Shown here piece after piece: positions 24,093 to 36,900 of a stretch of 64,000 nt of DNA (position 1 is the stretch's first letter; each line of letters opens with the position of its first letter). Both the position numbers and the translations under genes were made by a program. The stretch is from Felis catus (Eukaryota), in NCBI RefSeq assembly GCF_018350175.1, contig NC_058369.1, forward strand, positions 163,308,001 through 163,372,000. The letters run 5' to 3'. Under the pieces are notes generated by a model. The model was not told where the DNA came from and made no database searches. It saw only the letters and a program-made list of their open reading frames with translations.

Positions 24093-25495
24093 GGTGCCCA
24101 CTTCTCACACCGCCCTTGGTGAGCTGCTCATGCCATCCACGCAACCTGTGGCTCCACCTTGACTCCACCCCACCCCGAAGGCCGGAACAGCCCGGTTTTA
24201 AGAGTTCTGTCCCATTGTCCCAGTGTTCTAAGGCTGTGAGGGGAGGGGACAGCAGGTGCAGGGCTGGGGACGCTTAGGATGTTCTCGTCGCAAGCCTTGG
24301 AAGGCTAGAGCAGAGCGTGGGGTCAGCTGTGGCTCCTTGTGAGACGCAAATAAAAGGGTGGTCACGATTTGAAGTCACCCCGCGAGCTGTAGGCTCTGGC
24401 ATTCATTTTTCCAGCTGCACTTCTCAGCTGGAGGAAGCCTGTATTCCTGAACTCAGAGCCAGTGGTCCGTGTGAACTATGCCAGTGGAAAGATCGACATT
24501 AGAAGGAGTAGGTGAGACTCGGTGGTCTTTGGGGGCTCACTTTGAGCCATCTGCGGGTCACCCCATCGCCGTTACGGGCTCAGGAGGCCATCATTCGGAA
24601 AGTACAAACGGAGTCAGCTGGGGGTGACTTTTTTGATTCAGTGTGAAGTGGGGACTTACGAATAAATACACGAGGCCCAGGGCCAAGGAAAGGGGGAGAA
24701 AGGCGACAGCAGCAAAGAGGAGCCAGGGACGAGGAGTTGTGGGGCTTTAATGTACATGCAAGTTACCCGAAATCTTGTCGAAAATTCCACGATCTGAGTT
24801 GGGTCTCTGAGTCACAGGTTAGCAAGGTATGGAACACAGTGGGAATGGGGGACAGCGAAGGCTCAGGGGCCAGATGCCCTGGGCTCCGCCCCCTTTCTAG
24901 CTGTGGGACTAAGACGTGGGTGATGGGTTCTCTTCTCATGGCATCTGCACGTTAGGCTGCAACTCTGTATGAGAAAAGTGTGTGAAGTATGTAGGCCTGT
25001 GCCCCAACGTCAGCCATTCTTACATGGCTGTTCGGTACGTGAAGTTGAAGGTGACAACCTGTATCTATCCGGTTGCAAAGGGGCGACAAAGGATTTTGGA
25101 CTTGCTCGCTAAATGCAACCCCTCGAGCCCCAGGCCCTCCACACAGCTTGGGAGAGGATTGGTGGGTTGTATGCCCACAAGGTAGAGCAGATGCCAAACG
25201 AGAAAAAGCAAGCGTGGCCGAACGTTCGGTGGTGAATCTCAGCGAAGGACATACAAGGGGCCGTTGTACTTTCTCGCAGTCCTTCGGCGGGTTTGAGATT
25301 TTTCGATGTAAAATTTGGGAAGAAAAGAGGAGAAAGAAAGAATTTGGGAAGAAAAGAAAAACATCCTATAGGTCCCGGCAGGTTATGGAGATGCCTTCCG
25401 TTTTATATCCAGGATTTGAAAAGTAGGCTTGTTCCACTTTGTAGCCGTGAGAAATGACAATGCCCTTGCCCCACATCACACCTCCCCTTTTCAAA

Positions 25496-25711
25496 AATTT
25501 TTTAATTTTTTAATGTTTATTTATTTTTGAGACAGAGAGAGAGAGCATGAACAGGGGAGGGGCAGAGAGAGAGGGAGACACAGAATCGGAAGCAGGCTCT
25601 GGGCTCTAAGCCAGCAGCCCAGAGCCCGACGCGGGGCTCGAACTCACGGACCGTGAGATCAGGACCTGAGCCGAAGTCGGACGCTTCACCGACCGAGCCA
25701 CCCAGGCGCCC
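25496..25711 (-). mobile_element. Can-SINE (SINEC_Fc-like) just downstream of the H2BK1 polyA signal
   Basis: Typical consensus; TSD ACACCTCCC(C/T)TTTTCAAA. Confidence 0.9.
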
Positions 25712-25759
25712 CACACCTCCCTTTTTCAAATGACCACAGTGTGCGGGAGCAGTTCACCC

Positions 25760-25765
25760 TTTATT
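25760..25765 (-). terminator. AATAAA polyA signal of H2BK1
   Basis: AATAAA 16 nt after TGA; no histone 3' stem-loop visible. Confidence 0.85.
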
Positions 25766-25781
25766 AACGTTAGGTCCTGGG

Positions 25782-28095
25782 TCACTTGGAGCTGGTATAC
25801 TTGGTGACGGCCTTGGTGCCCTCGGACACGGCGTGCTTGGCCAGCTCCCCGGGCAGCAGCAGGCGCACGGCCGTCTGGACTTCCCGGGAGGTCAGTGTGG
25901 TTCGGCCCGAGTACTGGGCCAGCCGGGCAGCCTCGCCAGCCAGCCGTTCAAACACATCGTTCACAAACGAATTCATGATGCTCATGGCCTTGGAAGAGAT
26001 GCCAATGTCAGGGTGCACCTGGGGAAGCAGCAAGACCGTTCTGTTAGCGAGGAGGCTCCGCCCGACCCCGCCAGCCCCAGCCCCGAGTTCGAGTTCGGGA
26101 CTGCAGGAAGCTGGAGGCAGGACCGCAAGGCTGCCTCACCAGCCTCTTGCCAGAGGCCCAGCCCGGGAGGTAGGGATTTGGTTTTTTACTACCACATCCG
26201 AGTGAAAAGTTTTTCCCACCGGTAGGACGTAATGCTATTAAGGTCCTCGTATGAGCACATGGGAGCATCAGTCTTTGACAAATGGGGTCAGTTACACAGC
26301 ATTTTGCTTTTCTCATTTAATGCGTTTGCATAGGGTTACTCCTCGAGGTGACGTTCCCAGGGGTGTGACCGCCGCCGGGTCCAAGGGTTTATGCGCCTAA
26401 CTTGGCGGACTGTCACCACATTACTTTCCAGAGGACGCACTCATGTGACGCAGCCTCAGCACCAGACTAGGAGTTAGGACACCAGGGTTCTGTGGCCGGA
26501 CCGTGAGTCACCGGAGGACCTCAGATTAAGGCACTCTCCTCTGGGCCTCAGTTTCCTCCTCTGTCACACCAGCTTTTGAGCTAGATGATCTCCAGTCAAA
26601 CCGGCGGTAGGGGCCCGCTAACAACCCTGACGTGTGACCAGGCAGACATCAAGTGTTTCCCTGGGAGGTGGGAGAGAAGAGACGACCGGCGACGTCCATC
26701 AAGCCGATGGTGGACACAGAAGCGGAACGCAGGCTCTCGCCGCCGCCACTGGTTGCCACGGACAGCACAGGATCGGAGCCTAAACCCCTTGTGTCGTCAT
26801 CACATCGTTTTCCCCTTGGGGCTGAGGGGGCGCAACAGTTAAGTTTCACAGGAGTGAGGGTAACTCACTCAGCAGCTCTCCTTCGCGCGTGCAATCCAGG
26901 GCCCACACTTGTTTTTGAGCCCCAAGGTCGGCTGAGCCGCAGGGCTCACAGACGCCCCCAGCCCCACTTCCTCCAGGGTGCCAGAGTCTGTCCTCCGCTG
27001 CCACCCCTTTGGCCAGCCCACGCCAGTGTTGGTCCCACCCCCCGGCCCCACAAAAGCATTCCCAGAGACCCGGGGCGTCAGGTCACCGAAACTGCTAACG
27101 GGATCTAGACTCTAGGACCTGCTCGGACAAAGCAGTGGGACTCGGGCAGGTCGGGGAGGCTCAGGGCGGGCAAGACCGCTGGGCTGCCTGCTCCTGGCCC
27201 CGCTGAGTGGGCCAGAGGCTTCGAGACCAGGGTGCCTCGTGTACTAGACACACCGTTGTTGGGTGCCCACTGATGCCCCCCAAATACCCGTCAGTGTGCA
27301 AATGCCGGAGCGGGTGCTTCTCCTGGGTGCTCTGGTAGGCCGCATGAACAGAGAGCATTCGGAGCACCTGGGGGTTAAGAGGCGCGACCGGCGGGAAGTA
27401 CGCGAGGGGCCTGCTCAGGGCCGGGGGGCCTGACTGCTGCTGCTGTCAGGTCATGGGGCTCAGTCAGTGCTTTGCGCCTTTACGGACCTTAGTTCCTCAT
27501 CTGTACAGTAGGCCGGTCCCTCAGCCCCTCGGTGACCGAGTGCTGTGGGGCTGGGAGGCCTTGCCCGAGACCTCAGCTCGCACGCACCGCTCCCTGCTCC
27601 GGGCCACCACCGACTAGCGCCTCTGGTTTGTACCATGATGCGTCCGGCACGTGATCGTCCTTCAGCTCCACACTTTCGTACGGTCTTGCCTTTTACTTAC
27701 GTCCCTCCTGACGCTCCGCATAAGCGTTTGGTCCGTCCAGAGCCCCGTAAGCTTCCGGATTGTGGCGGCGTGCTTTAAATGTCTCTGGCACATCACAGGT
27801 GCACGACAGATACTGGGAGGCTGTGGGGACCTCTGAGATCGAGTGCGGCCACTTCACAAGGGGCACGGTGTGCCTGAGGCCCCTCCCCTCAGTGCCAGGG
27901 GCAAACGGAGTACGACTCTGTCCGGTCGTACTCTGCACACGCGCGCGCAAGCTCCCCACTCACCTGCTTCAGCACCTTGTAGATGTACATCGAGTAGGTC
28001 TCCTTGCGCCGGCTGCGCTTTTTGGACTTCTTGTCGCCGGAACTACGGCCCCTCCGGCCCCCCGACTGCTGCTGCTGTCCATGCTCTGCGCTCAT
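25782..28095 (-). CDS. H2BK1: Histone H2B variant H2B.K (H2BE1), two exons, 122 aa
   Basis: Exon 1 27964-28095 ([16 protein letters not shown]...YIYKVLKQ|GTGAGT); exon 2 25782-26018 (CAG|[18 protein letters not shown]...AVTKYTSSK*). Complete H2B histone fold with a phase-0 intron, between ABCF2 and IQCA1L. Confidence 0.95.
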
Positions 28096-28138
28096 CCTCC
28101 TGCCCTTCCTAACAGCCGCCTCCTGCTCCTTGGGGGAC

Positions 28139-28252
28139 TTTTATGGGGTCAGCTGCCCACCAGGTGGGGCTGGGGGCCAGCACCTGGGGTGGAGGGGGTG
28201 GGCGGGGAGGAGCTTGGCCCATCCCGATCCAGAACATGCTCTGGGTTAATCC
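28139..28252 (-). promoter_or_regulatory. H2BK1 proximal promoter (TATA-like CATAAAA, three E-boxes, TAATCC)
   Basis: CATAAAA 28139-28145; CAGCTG 28150, CAGGTG 28161, CACCTG 28181; TAATCC 28247-28252. Confidence 0.5.
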
Positions 28253-30254
28253 TGAAGGAGACTGATAGCTCCCGCCTCTCCCCCAAGTGATTTCCTGTCT
28301 CTGAATAAGAAGCCCTCCACCCCCCCCACCGTCTCCTCCCCCACCTGATCATCTCCCAGTGTATTACACACTTGTTAAGAGTTCACACACCACCAGACCA
28401 CGCCACGAGATCACTCTGCAACCACTGTGCTCAGCTGACTCGAAATGCAGGGGAGTGTCAGGAGAAACACAGGGCAGCCCCCCCCCCGCCCCCCGCCCCC
28501 AGAGCCCTGCAATACAGCCAAAGAGGCAAGAGTGACTCGCATGAAACAGAGAAGGGAAGGACTAAAGAGGGGGTATAGGGACAGAGTTCAGAAAAGAAAA
28601 ACGAGTGAGGGCTGTAGGAGCCAAAGGGCTGCACGGAAGGAGTGGGGATTTGAAGCTGGTCTTGTAGGGTGGGCACAGTTTAAGTGGGGAGAACTGGTCC
28701 CCAGAAAGACAAAGCGGGGTGGAATCAATGCGTGCTGAGTACAGTGAGGCTTGGAAGGAAGGCAGAAATGGAGCAGAACCCGAGCCCGGACCAGATGTGG
28801 GCAGCAGGGAACCACAGGCTGGGAGGGCCCGGCAGGGAGCGGGTGGGGTGGATGGGAGGAGCCAGAGCCGAGAAACACTGTCTGCTCTCCATAAAGCAGG
28901 TGATGTGGGCTCCCTGTGGAGGTTAGCTGCAAAAGGAAGAAAAAGGCGGCTGTTAAACGGAGGAGTTCTCGCTTTGCCCCTATGTGTGAACACGTTTCAG
29001 GTTCTTAGGAGAACTTGTGATTACAGAAACCTGGTGCGACATGAGAACCACAGGCCGGGAGGGAAAGAGGGTTTTCCCAATCAAGAGGAGGTGGGGCAGA
29101 GGAGCAAAGACGAGCATCACCTGTCAGTGGGCGAGAGAGCAAGCCTGAGCGGCGCCCACCTCCCCAACCTCACCTCTTCACCTACCTCCCAACATCCGGC
29201 TGCCTCTTGCACGCTAAGGTTTAAGAGGACCGGAGGGCAATTCATAATCCGCGATAAAGCACTACTTTTAGGCCTTGGTAGATTGTATACAGTGGGCTTT
29301 TTAAGCATCCTCCAAGTTTTTGAAACTTTGGCTTTTTTTGGGGGGGGGGGGGGGGGGAGAGACAACCTGTAGCCTATTTCGATTCCTCCACTTCTGAAGC
29401 CTCGGCACCTCAAGGCTATGGTGGAGACCCTGAGGGATTTCAAGGCGAGTTCCTGCCAACACACCCGGGCGCTCCCTTGGCCGAAGAAGCGGAAGCTCTC
29501 ACCTCCATTCCCCTCATTCCAGCGGCTCATTCTTGAGGCCATCCTCCCCCCTACCCAAGTCTCTGGATACTCAGGGCAGACAGACTTAGGCTGTTTTGCT
29601 CCAGGTCCCACGAGAGGCACGAAGCCACAAAGCCAGGCTCAGGGCTGGAGGGCAGAGGGGGACTCCTAGCCTCACCCCGGCCTCGGCCGTGCAGGGCTCA
29701 GCTGCGGCTTCTCACGTCACGTTCACTCTTACCGTCCCTTTTCCCCGGGGACGCTCTTGGTCTTCAGGGCCGCCTGATGTCCTACTCACCTTTCAAGTTC
29801 GAGTACCAATCCTGCCTTTCCGGACTCACAAGAACTTCCCTCCCTTCCGAACCCTTCTGTGTTTCCCAACAAGTCACAGTTGAGCCTCTGATTTATGCCC
29901 GGTCTCGTTCGCTAGTCATCGTTGGCTTCCCATTAGATCGTGAGCTCCTTGGGGTTTGGACACCACCTGGGACTTTGTTTTGGGTGTTTTACAGTCTCAG
30001 ATGTACTGTAATGAGCACTGAAAAGTCATGGCTGTGTATGTTTCCCCACAGGGCCGGCCGCTGAGGCCTCAGAGGTGATGAAGCCACACCAGTAAGAAGG
30101 GGCACTGGTGTCCCTGGTGAACAAGGGCTGCGGATACTTGTCAAGTTCAGACAGACCACGCAGGGCTCTGGGTTGGAAGTAAATTAGATCATGCTAACAA
30201 AAATTAAGGCTGAGAATAGGCAGAATAACAAAACTTCCTCATCCCACCCAGGAA

Positions 30255-30610
30255 CGGTGGCTCACAAACCCGTGTGAGGTGCAGACTCCAGTTTCATCTC
30301 TCTCACCCACCAGATGGCATCAGTAGGGCAGCGCCCGGGGATCTGCAGTTTCACAAGCACCCCCACCCCCACCGCCCCAAGTGCTGTGGTAGAGGCTGCA
30401 GCAGGGGAGCCTCCGACCACCCTGAAAAACACGTTCCAGGAGAGTGGTTCTCAAAGTTCGGCCCCCAGACAAGCAGCATCAGCAGCTCCTAGAAGCATGT
30501 TGGAAATGTTTTACTTCCTGGTCTCACCCCGGACCTACTGAATCAGAAACCCTGAGGCAAGACCCGGTGACCTGTGATACCAAATGAGTCTTCTAGGTGG
30601 TTCTGATGTG
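30255..30610. mobile_element. Two adjacent MER5-like hAT fragments
   Basis: GTGGTTCTCAAAGT...CAGCATCAGC...GACCTACTGAATCAGAAAC and ATCTGCAGTTTCACAAGC motifs. Confidence 0.55.
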
Positions 30611-30812
30611 TGTGTTGTGAGGCAATGGCCTAAGAAAAGGCAGAATTTCAATCAAAGGAAGGAGAGAGTTACTCCAGCCCTGCTTGCGTCCATTCCGCCA
30701 ATTTCCACCCAAGCTCCTGCTGAGGGGATGTGAGTATTGGCACTGAGGGGAAGAGGGAAGCGAAGGGCCCAGAGACCAGAAAAGGAAGGTAGGGACCATG
30801 GCTTCTTCTTTC

Positions 30813-30818
30813 TTTATT
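30813..30818 (-). terminator. AATAAA polyA signal of ABCF2
   Basis: AATAAA ~465 nt downstream of the ABCF2 stop. Confidence 0.75.
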
Positions 30819-31283
30819 GGACACTTGGTAGATGTCACGCAGGTCTAAAAGTTACACTGTTAAATAATTATTTAAAAACCGACCAGGACTAAAGCCCTGG
30901 TCCACAGCTCCAAACCAGAAGCGGAAAGGAATGGGGGCGGTGGGCTGGGGGGTATTCCTCCAACATCACCAAAACCCAGAAAACGAGGACCCTAAGCTCT
31001 TTCACAGGCCAACCCAGGATGTGGGCCCTTGGGCTAACCCTCAGGTGCCTCTGGCTGCATCACCATCAGGTCAGTAACCAGCAAGGAGCTGGCAGAACAG
31101 CCAGCCGAGTCCAGACATGGACAAAAGTAACTGCAAGGACAGGAAACGGACAGGTACTGTCCAGCTGTAGATAAGATCACAGAGTGCAGCTAAGGCAGGT
31201 GGGGACAGGGGAGGGGCTGGGGAGCGGTATTGCAGCAATGCAGGAGTGTGGCCCCAGAGGCCCAGCCCAGCCCGGGCAGGGGC

Positions 31284-33833
31284 TCACACATTGTGGGTCC
31301 TCCTGGTGAGCTGGGGCTCCTCGCCCACCAGCTTGGACTTGAGGTGCTCCTTGTAGGCCAGGATGTCTCCAGGCCACTTGGTGATTGTCTGCTTCTCACA
31401 GACCCAGATTTCCTGTGCAACCTAGAAAGGAAATCTGAGGCTCAATCCTCCTGGCCAGCACTCTCCCCATCCCTGCCCAGAAGACCACTGTCAGAAGAAT
31501 TCCAGGAAGAAACCTCCACCGCCCAGTTCCGTATGCGGCTCACAGTTCCACTGTCTCTCTGTTCTCTGGATGCCTAACCCAGGGGTACCGTAACCAGCAG
31601 GTTTGGAGCCTTCCAAGCCACAACCTGCTCTGTCTCCTGATTTCCAGCTCCCCGGCAGGGCCTAGAACTGTTTAGAGGCCTCGCCCGCAGCTTCCTGTTC
31701 TCTATCCCATCTTTCCCAAAGCTTCAGAGAAATGACCAGCGGCCTTTCCACCAATGACTGGTGGTAGCCCTCTAGTCCAAATCCTCCTTAGTATAATACT
31801 ACTTCTATGCTGAAGAATCTTGAGACAGTAGTAAAAGCACCCTATCCTCTACCCAACTCCCTCGCCAATTCTGGCTAACATTGCCAAATGCCAAGTAGGC
31901 TGATGTCTCCAAATAGCTACTGAAAAAATGAAAGTTTTCCATTAAGGCTTTCTCAGTTTTTCAAAGAGCCATAATATCTGGTCCTCATCACCCTGTCTAC
32001 ACCCTGAGCCCTTTTCCCAAATCCAATAAACACATATTAAGTGCCCTCCACATGCCATGACTGTGTCCTACCCAACCTTCTCCTGGCCGCCCTCCTCTCT
32101 GATTTCCACTCCAGCCAGGGGCCTCACCTGCTGAATGAGTCTGAAATCATGGCTGACCAGCATCATACCACCCTCAAACTCGTTGATGGCATCGGCCAGG
32201 GCGTCGATGGTCTCAATGTCCAGGTGATTAGTGGGCTCATCCAGGAAGAGCATGTGGGGGTTCTGCCAGGCCAGCCAGGCCAGACACACTCGGCACTTCT
32301 GCCCATCAGACAGGTTCCGGATTGGGCTCACCTGCGTGGAACCGCGACATTTACGGAACCTGGTGTTACTCCCACCACAGAGCATGACTCACTTCCCCCC
32401 CCCCCCCCCCCCCCCCCCCCCCGCTGCTTCTCCATTAATACTGCCACAATTCTACAAAAAGGAAGACCCAAGATCACAGTGAGATGGTACCAGTCTCTCA
32501 AGGCCCGTAAGGGATAAATGTGGAAGCCGGAAGCACTTGCTACTCAGGCCACACCTCTCGCTCTCCCTTGGCACTTAAATCGTAACTAAGTGGAACAATG
32601 TGGTGGACCTCAATCGAGATCTGAGTCCAGGAACTCGTTTTCTAGGTTTCAATTTCCCTCCCCCTCAAGCATTCTGGTTTATCTTGCTAGTCTGGGGCGA
32701 AGGCATGTCAGAGACTGGGATGCTATCCCTGCCCCTTCCTCATAATGAGACCTGAATATTCCAATACATACACCTAGGCCAAAGGAAAGCTAGCGGGTTC
32801 TTTCAGACGCTAGAATCAAAGGAAGAGACTTTTCAGTAGAACACTTGAATCTCAATCTCAGGGTTGTGAGTTCAAGCTCCACATTGGGCATGGAGCCTAC
32901 TTTAAAAAAAAAAAAAAAAAAAAGAGACTTTTGGGACAGCTCCCAAACTTGGGTCTCCAGGGCAGTGCACCCTGGCCGTGTAGCCACAATCTCCCAGTTA
33001 TCTGGCGCTGTTCCCCCACATCCCCCTCTGCTGACCTGCTGCTTCCCAGTGAGACCATNNNNNNNNNNNNNNNNNNNNNNNNNNNNNNNNNNNNNNNNNN
33101 NNNNNNNNNNNNNNNNNNNNNNNNNNNNNNNNNNNNNNNNNNNNNNNNNNNNNNNNNNNNNNNNNNNNNNNNNNNNNNNNNNNNNNNNNNATGTGACTGG
33201 TGTCCCACTTCAAAAGGAACCTCGCTGGGTTAACTGCTGAGTAACTCTCCACCTCTACCCAGGCACCTGTTCAAGATTCCAGGAGAAGCAGGCAAAAGCT
33301 GACTTGGTCACATGCAGCCCCCTTTCCATACCCTGGGCATCTCCCCGGACCCCAAGGCCTGTACCTGATGGTAACGCCCTATCTTGACATGAGAGTGTTT
33401 TCGGATCATCCCGTCTGTGGGTAGTAGCTAGAAAGAAGAGAGTATTAGGTGGAAAGATAAGCACACAGAAAGAGAAACTCGGTGAGAAGCAGACACAGAC
33501 AGACAGAGTAGGGAAATAAACATATGTTCACTGAACAAGACTCAGAACTTCCAAATAGAATCTATATCACTACCTCATAGACTGCTATTCTGGCCACTCT
33601 AAAAATATTTAGGAAGATATACTGAAACAGATGTTCTCAAGAGAGGCAAAGATACATACAACACGGTCTACTTAGTAGTTAAAGGTCTACTACAGAAGGT
33701 ACCACCAGTAAAACAAAGGACTCATATATATGTATAACATGGGTTTTCTAAAACAAAAACACGGCTCTCGACGCACAGATTTCCTCGAGATGCTCTAGCT
33801 GAAAACAGAAAAATGTTGAGGCACATGCATGTG

Positions 33834-33903
<70 letters not shown>

Positions 33904-36900
33904 CCCTCCCTCCCTCTCTTTGAGAAAACAGCTCCAAATCTCAGCACTGCCAATGACAACATCCCCCACCCCAGAAGCTGGCTCACTCACCACCAAGGCA
34001 CTCAGGCGCCTTGAGGGCCTCCGAGAAGCCCCTCACACCTTCCTTCCTCAGACACAGTAAGCACCTACTCTTGGAAGTCCCATGCCCCAGCCTGGCACCA
34101 TACCTCTCCGGTTAGCAGCTTCAGAAGAGTTGATTTCCCTGCTCCATTGGGCCCCACCAGAGCCACTCGTGTATCGAGATCGATACCAAATTCTAGATTG
34201 TTGTAGATGCAGGGCTGAGTGGATGAGAGAGATGAATATGAGGTTAGGTTACCAATCAATCTGGCTGGCAGATTAGCCCTGTCATGTCTCCCATCGCCAC
34301 CAGAGTAGGCGGGAGTATGGGGGAGGGAGAAAGCTCTCAGAGCAGACCCCAACCCACTGCCTCCACCTGCCATCTCAGCCGAGCAGTTTTCCAAGTACTT
34401 GAAGAGGGGCCACTCAAGTCCCTGGATGAGGCACCTAAGCTGCTATACCTGAAAAATCCCGTGCACCACACGGGTTAGCAGGTGTGTTGAGCAAAGAACC
34501 GGAGACTCTCCCAACCTGTTGACGCTTATCTTGTAAAATGTGTCCCAGCCTCCCAACCACACAGGAGGACTCACCCCGTCTTTTGTATACTTGAAGCTCA
34601 CGTTCTGCACCATGATGACAGGCGGAGGAATCTTGCCACACGGTGGGAAATAAAATGACAGGGTCTAGGAGAAGGAGAGGACATTTTCCGGTTAGATCAC
34701 GTCTCCTCCACCTCACCTCGGGCACTAACTCCACTTGCTCGGACCCCACCTTGTCACTCACGACCCTTTCTGTCAGTCCTGATGCCATCATTTTCTGTAG
34801 CGTTTTCTCCTTGCTCTGGGCTTGCCGGGCCAGCTTGGCGCTGCCATGACCAAACCTAGCGATGTAGTTCTGAAAGAGACCAGAAAGGGGGCTTGGAGCA
34901 GGGGCAGGTATCAAGCAACTCTCCTTAAATGCGGGGTAGATGCCGACGACAACGTCTTCCTGACACCCGGCACCCCGAACTCCCCACGTACCTTCCCCCA
35001 ACTCTCCACGAGAACGTGAGCTCATCTACAACTGCCCTACCTTCATGTGTGCGATCTGATCTTGCTCCCAGTGAAACCTCTTCATCTGGTTCTCTTCCAA
35101 CTCCAGCCGTGTCTTCACATACTGATCATAATTACCCTGAAGAGAAATATGCCAGGTAAGGCAGGCAGTTTTAGCCTCGGTCCCGGGTTCTCAGGGTTTA
35201 GGGGGATGCGAGATGGCATCGGACTTGGCCCTGGCTAGAAGACTGTGCAGTAGGGAAAGAGGAAGGACGTTGGCAAAGTAAACCCTAACCTAGAATCTGA
35301 AGTCTTTCCATTTGTGTGCCTCTCACTCTTAGCTTAGCCGGAGCAGGGCTCCAGATCAAATCCTCAGGTTAGCCATAAAGACACCCACAGCACCAGCAGT
35401 AGCCCTGATCACAACCGTCATACGGACATCACGAGGCTCACAGCCTTCCAAGAGGACCTCCTACTACTCCCCACCCTTAGAGGCTCAAGCCCCATGCAGG
35501 CTACAGAAACTGCGCCCAGGAAGGAAGACAGCAGACCAATCAGATTTAGGACCGAGCAAATGCTGCACAATTGGACTGCCATGGTTTCTATCTGCAAAGA
35601 ACTGGACTCAACCTAAATATTCATCAGAAAGGGTCTGACAAATAAAGGAGTGGATAGCTACACAATGAAATATTATGCAATTACTGAAAAGCATGAGGTG
35701 GATCTATAACTATTCATATGAAAAGCGGCGCAAGATATATTAAAATGTAAAAGCAACCTACAGAAGAGAGTGATTATTAACATTACAGCTGTGATGTGTA
35801 TACACAAAATTTTCTACAAATCCATGCAAGTACACACAAAATCTCTGGAAGACTATATGAGAAATTATTAATACTCCCACAGTGCGTATAACTACGAATG
35901 AAAAGGACTCCTATTTTTTCTTTTTTTTAAAATACGGATAATGAAAAGGCAAGGCAGACAAGTGGGCTGTTGAGATCCGGACTCCCAGTCTTCACGGAAA
36001 GAGAGGTAAATGGGCTGTCACAAAGCAGAGTTAAGCAGTCATTCAAGAAGGCGGGGATCGGCAGGGCCTGCCTGGGCACCACGCAAAGTCAACCTCTTTA
36101 CCATAAGGCATGCACATCACGTACACAGGCTGCCAATCAATGGCCTACAACCTGAGAGCAACTACTTTGAGACTAAAATAGAACAAGCGGCAGGACTCCT
36201 TGTCCACATCTTTTTATAGCAATAGGTAGAAAAGGGCTGCTAAGTCTGTTTTGTTTTTTTTAAAGGAGACCTTCAAGGAACTGGTAAACGCTGAGGTTGC
36301 TGTGCAGACGCTGGGGCCTACTCACCGTGTAATACTTCAGTTTCTTGTTGTGCATGTGAATGATGTTGGTGCAGACACCATTCAGAAAGTCCTGGGAATG
36401 GGAGACGAGGACCAGGATGCGCTTAAAACTGCAAAGCCAGACAACCAGTCAGGGAGGTGCTCCAAACTGTGATGGTCCACAGCAGGGGAGCTGAGAGGCC
36501 CAGAAAACCTTCATCCTTTCCCATCCTGAGCCCCCGTTAGATTTAACGGCCAATTCCCGGCTCTCAGCAACCACCTAGGCCGCCAATGCACCATCTACCT
36601 GGAACGACACCTTGACCCCTTTCAGTCTGAGTTTTCTCCATCTTATGTTCTAATTTTCAGCAGAATGGAGATGGTAGCTTAACAATGATGGTAAAAACAA
36701 GCATATGTACACAAACATATCCATAAACGTGTGTAATACTGTGGGTGGGAAGAACTGGAACAGGCGCAATAAAAATCACTGTAGTCCTCTTTTTGAAAGA
36801 AGGTACCAGTCACCGCAGAGACCGCTAAAAGCCTTCCCTCAGAGTCGGTACAGTATTCCGGGTTATTCGGCGCTGCAGCCATACAAGGACCCTTGCCATA

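Noticed and set aside
25782-26033. Apparent truncated H2B pseudogene
   Set aside because: It is exon 2 of the intact spliced H2BK1; exon 1 is at 27964-28095.
28719-29620. 217-aa and 167-aa ORFs between H2BK1 and ABCF2
   Set aside because: No recognisable domain or supporting splice structure; likely chance ORFs.
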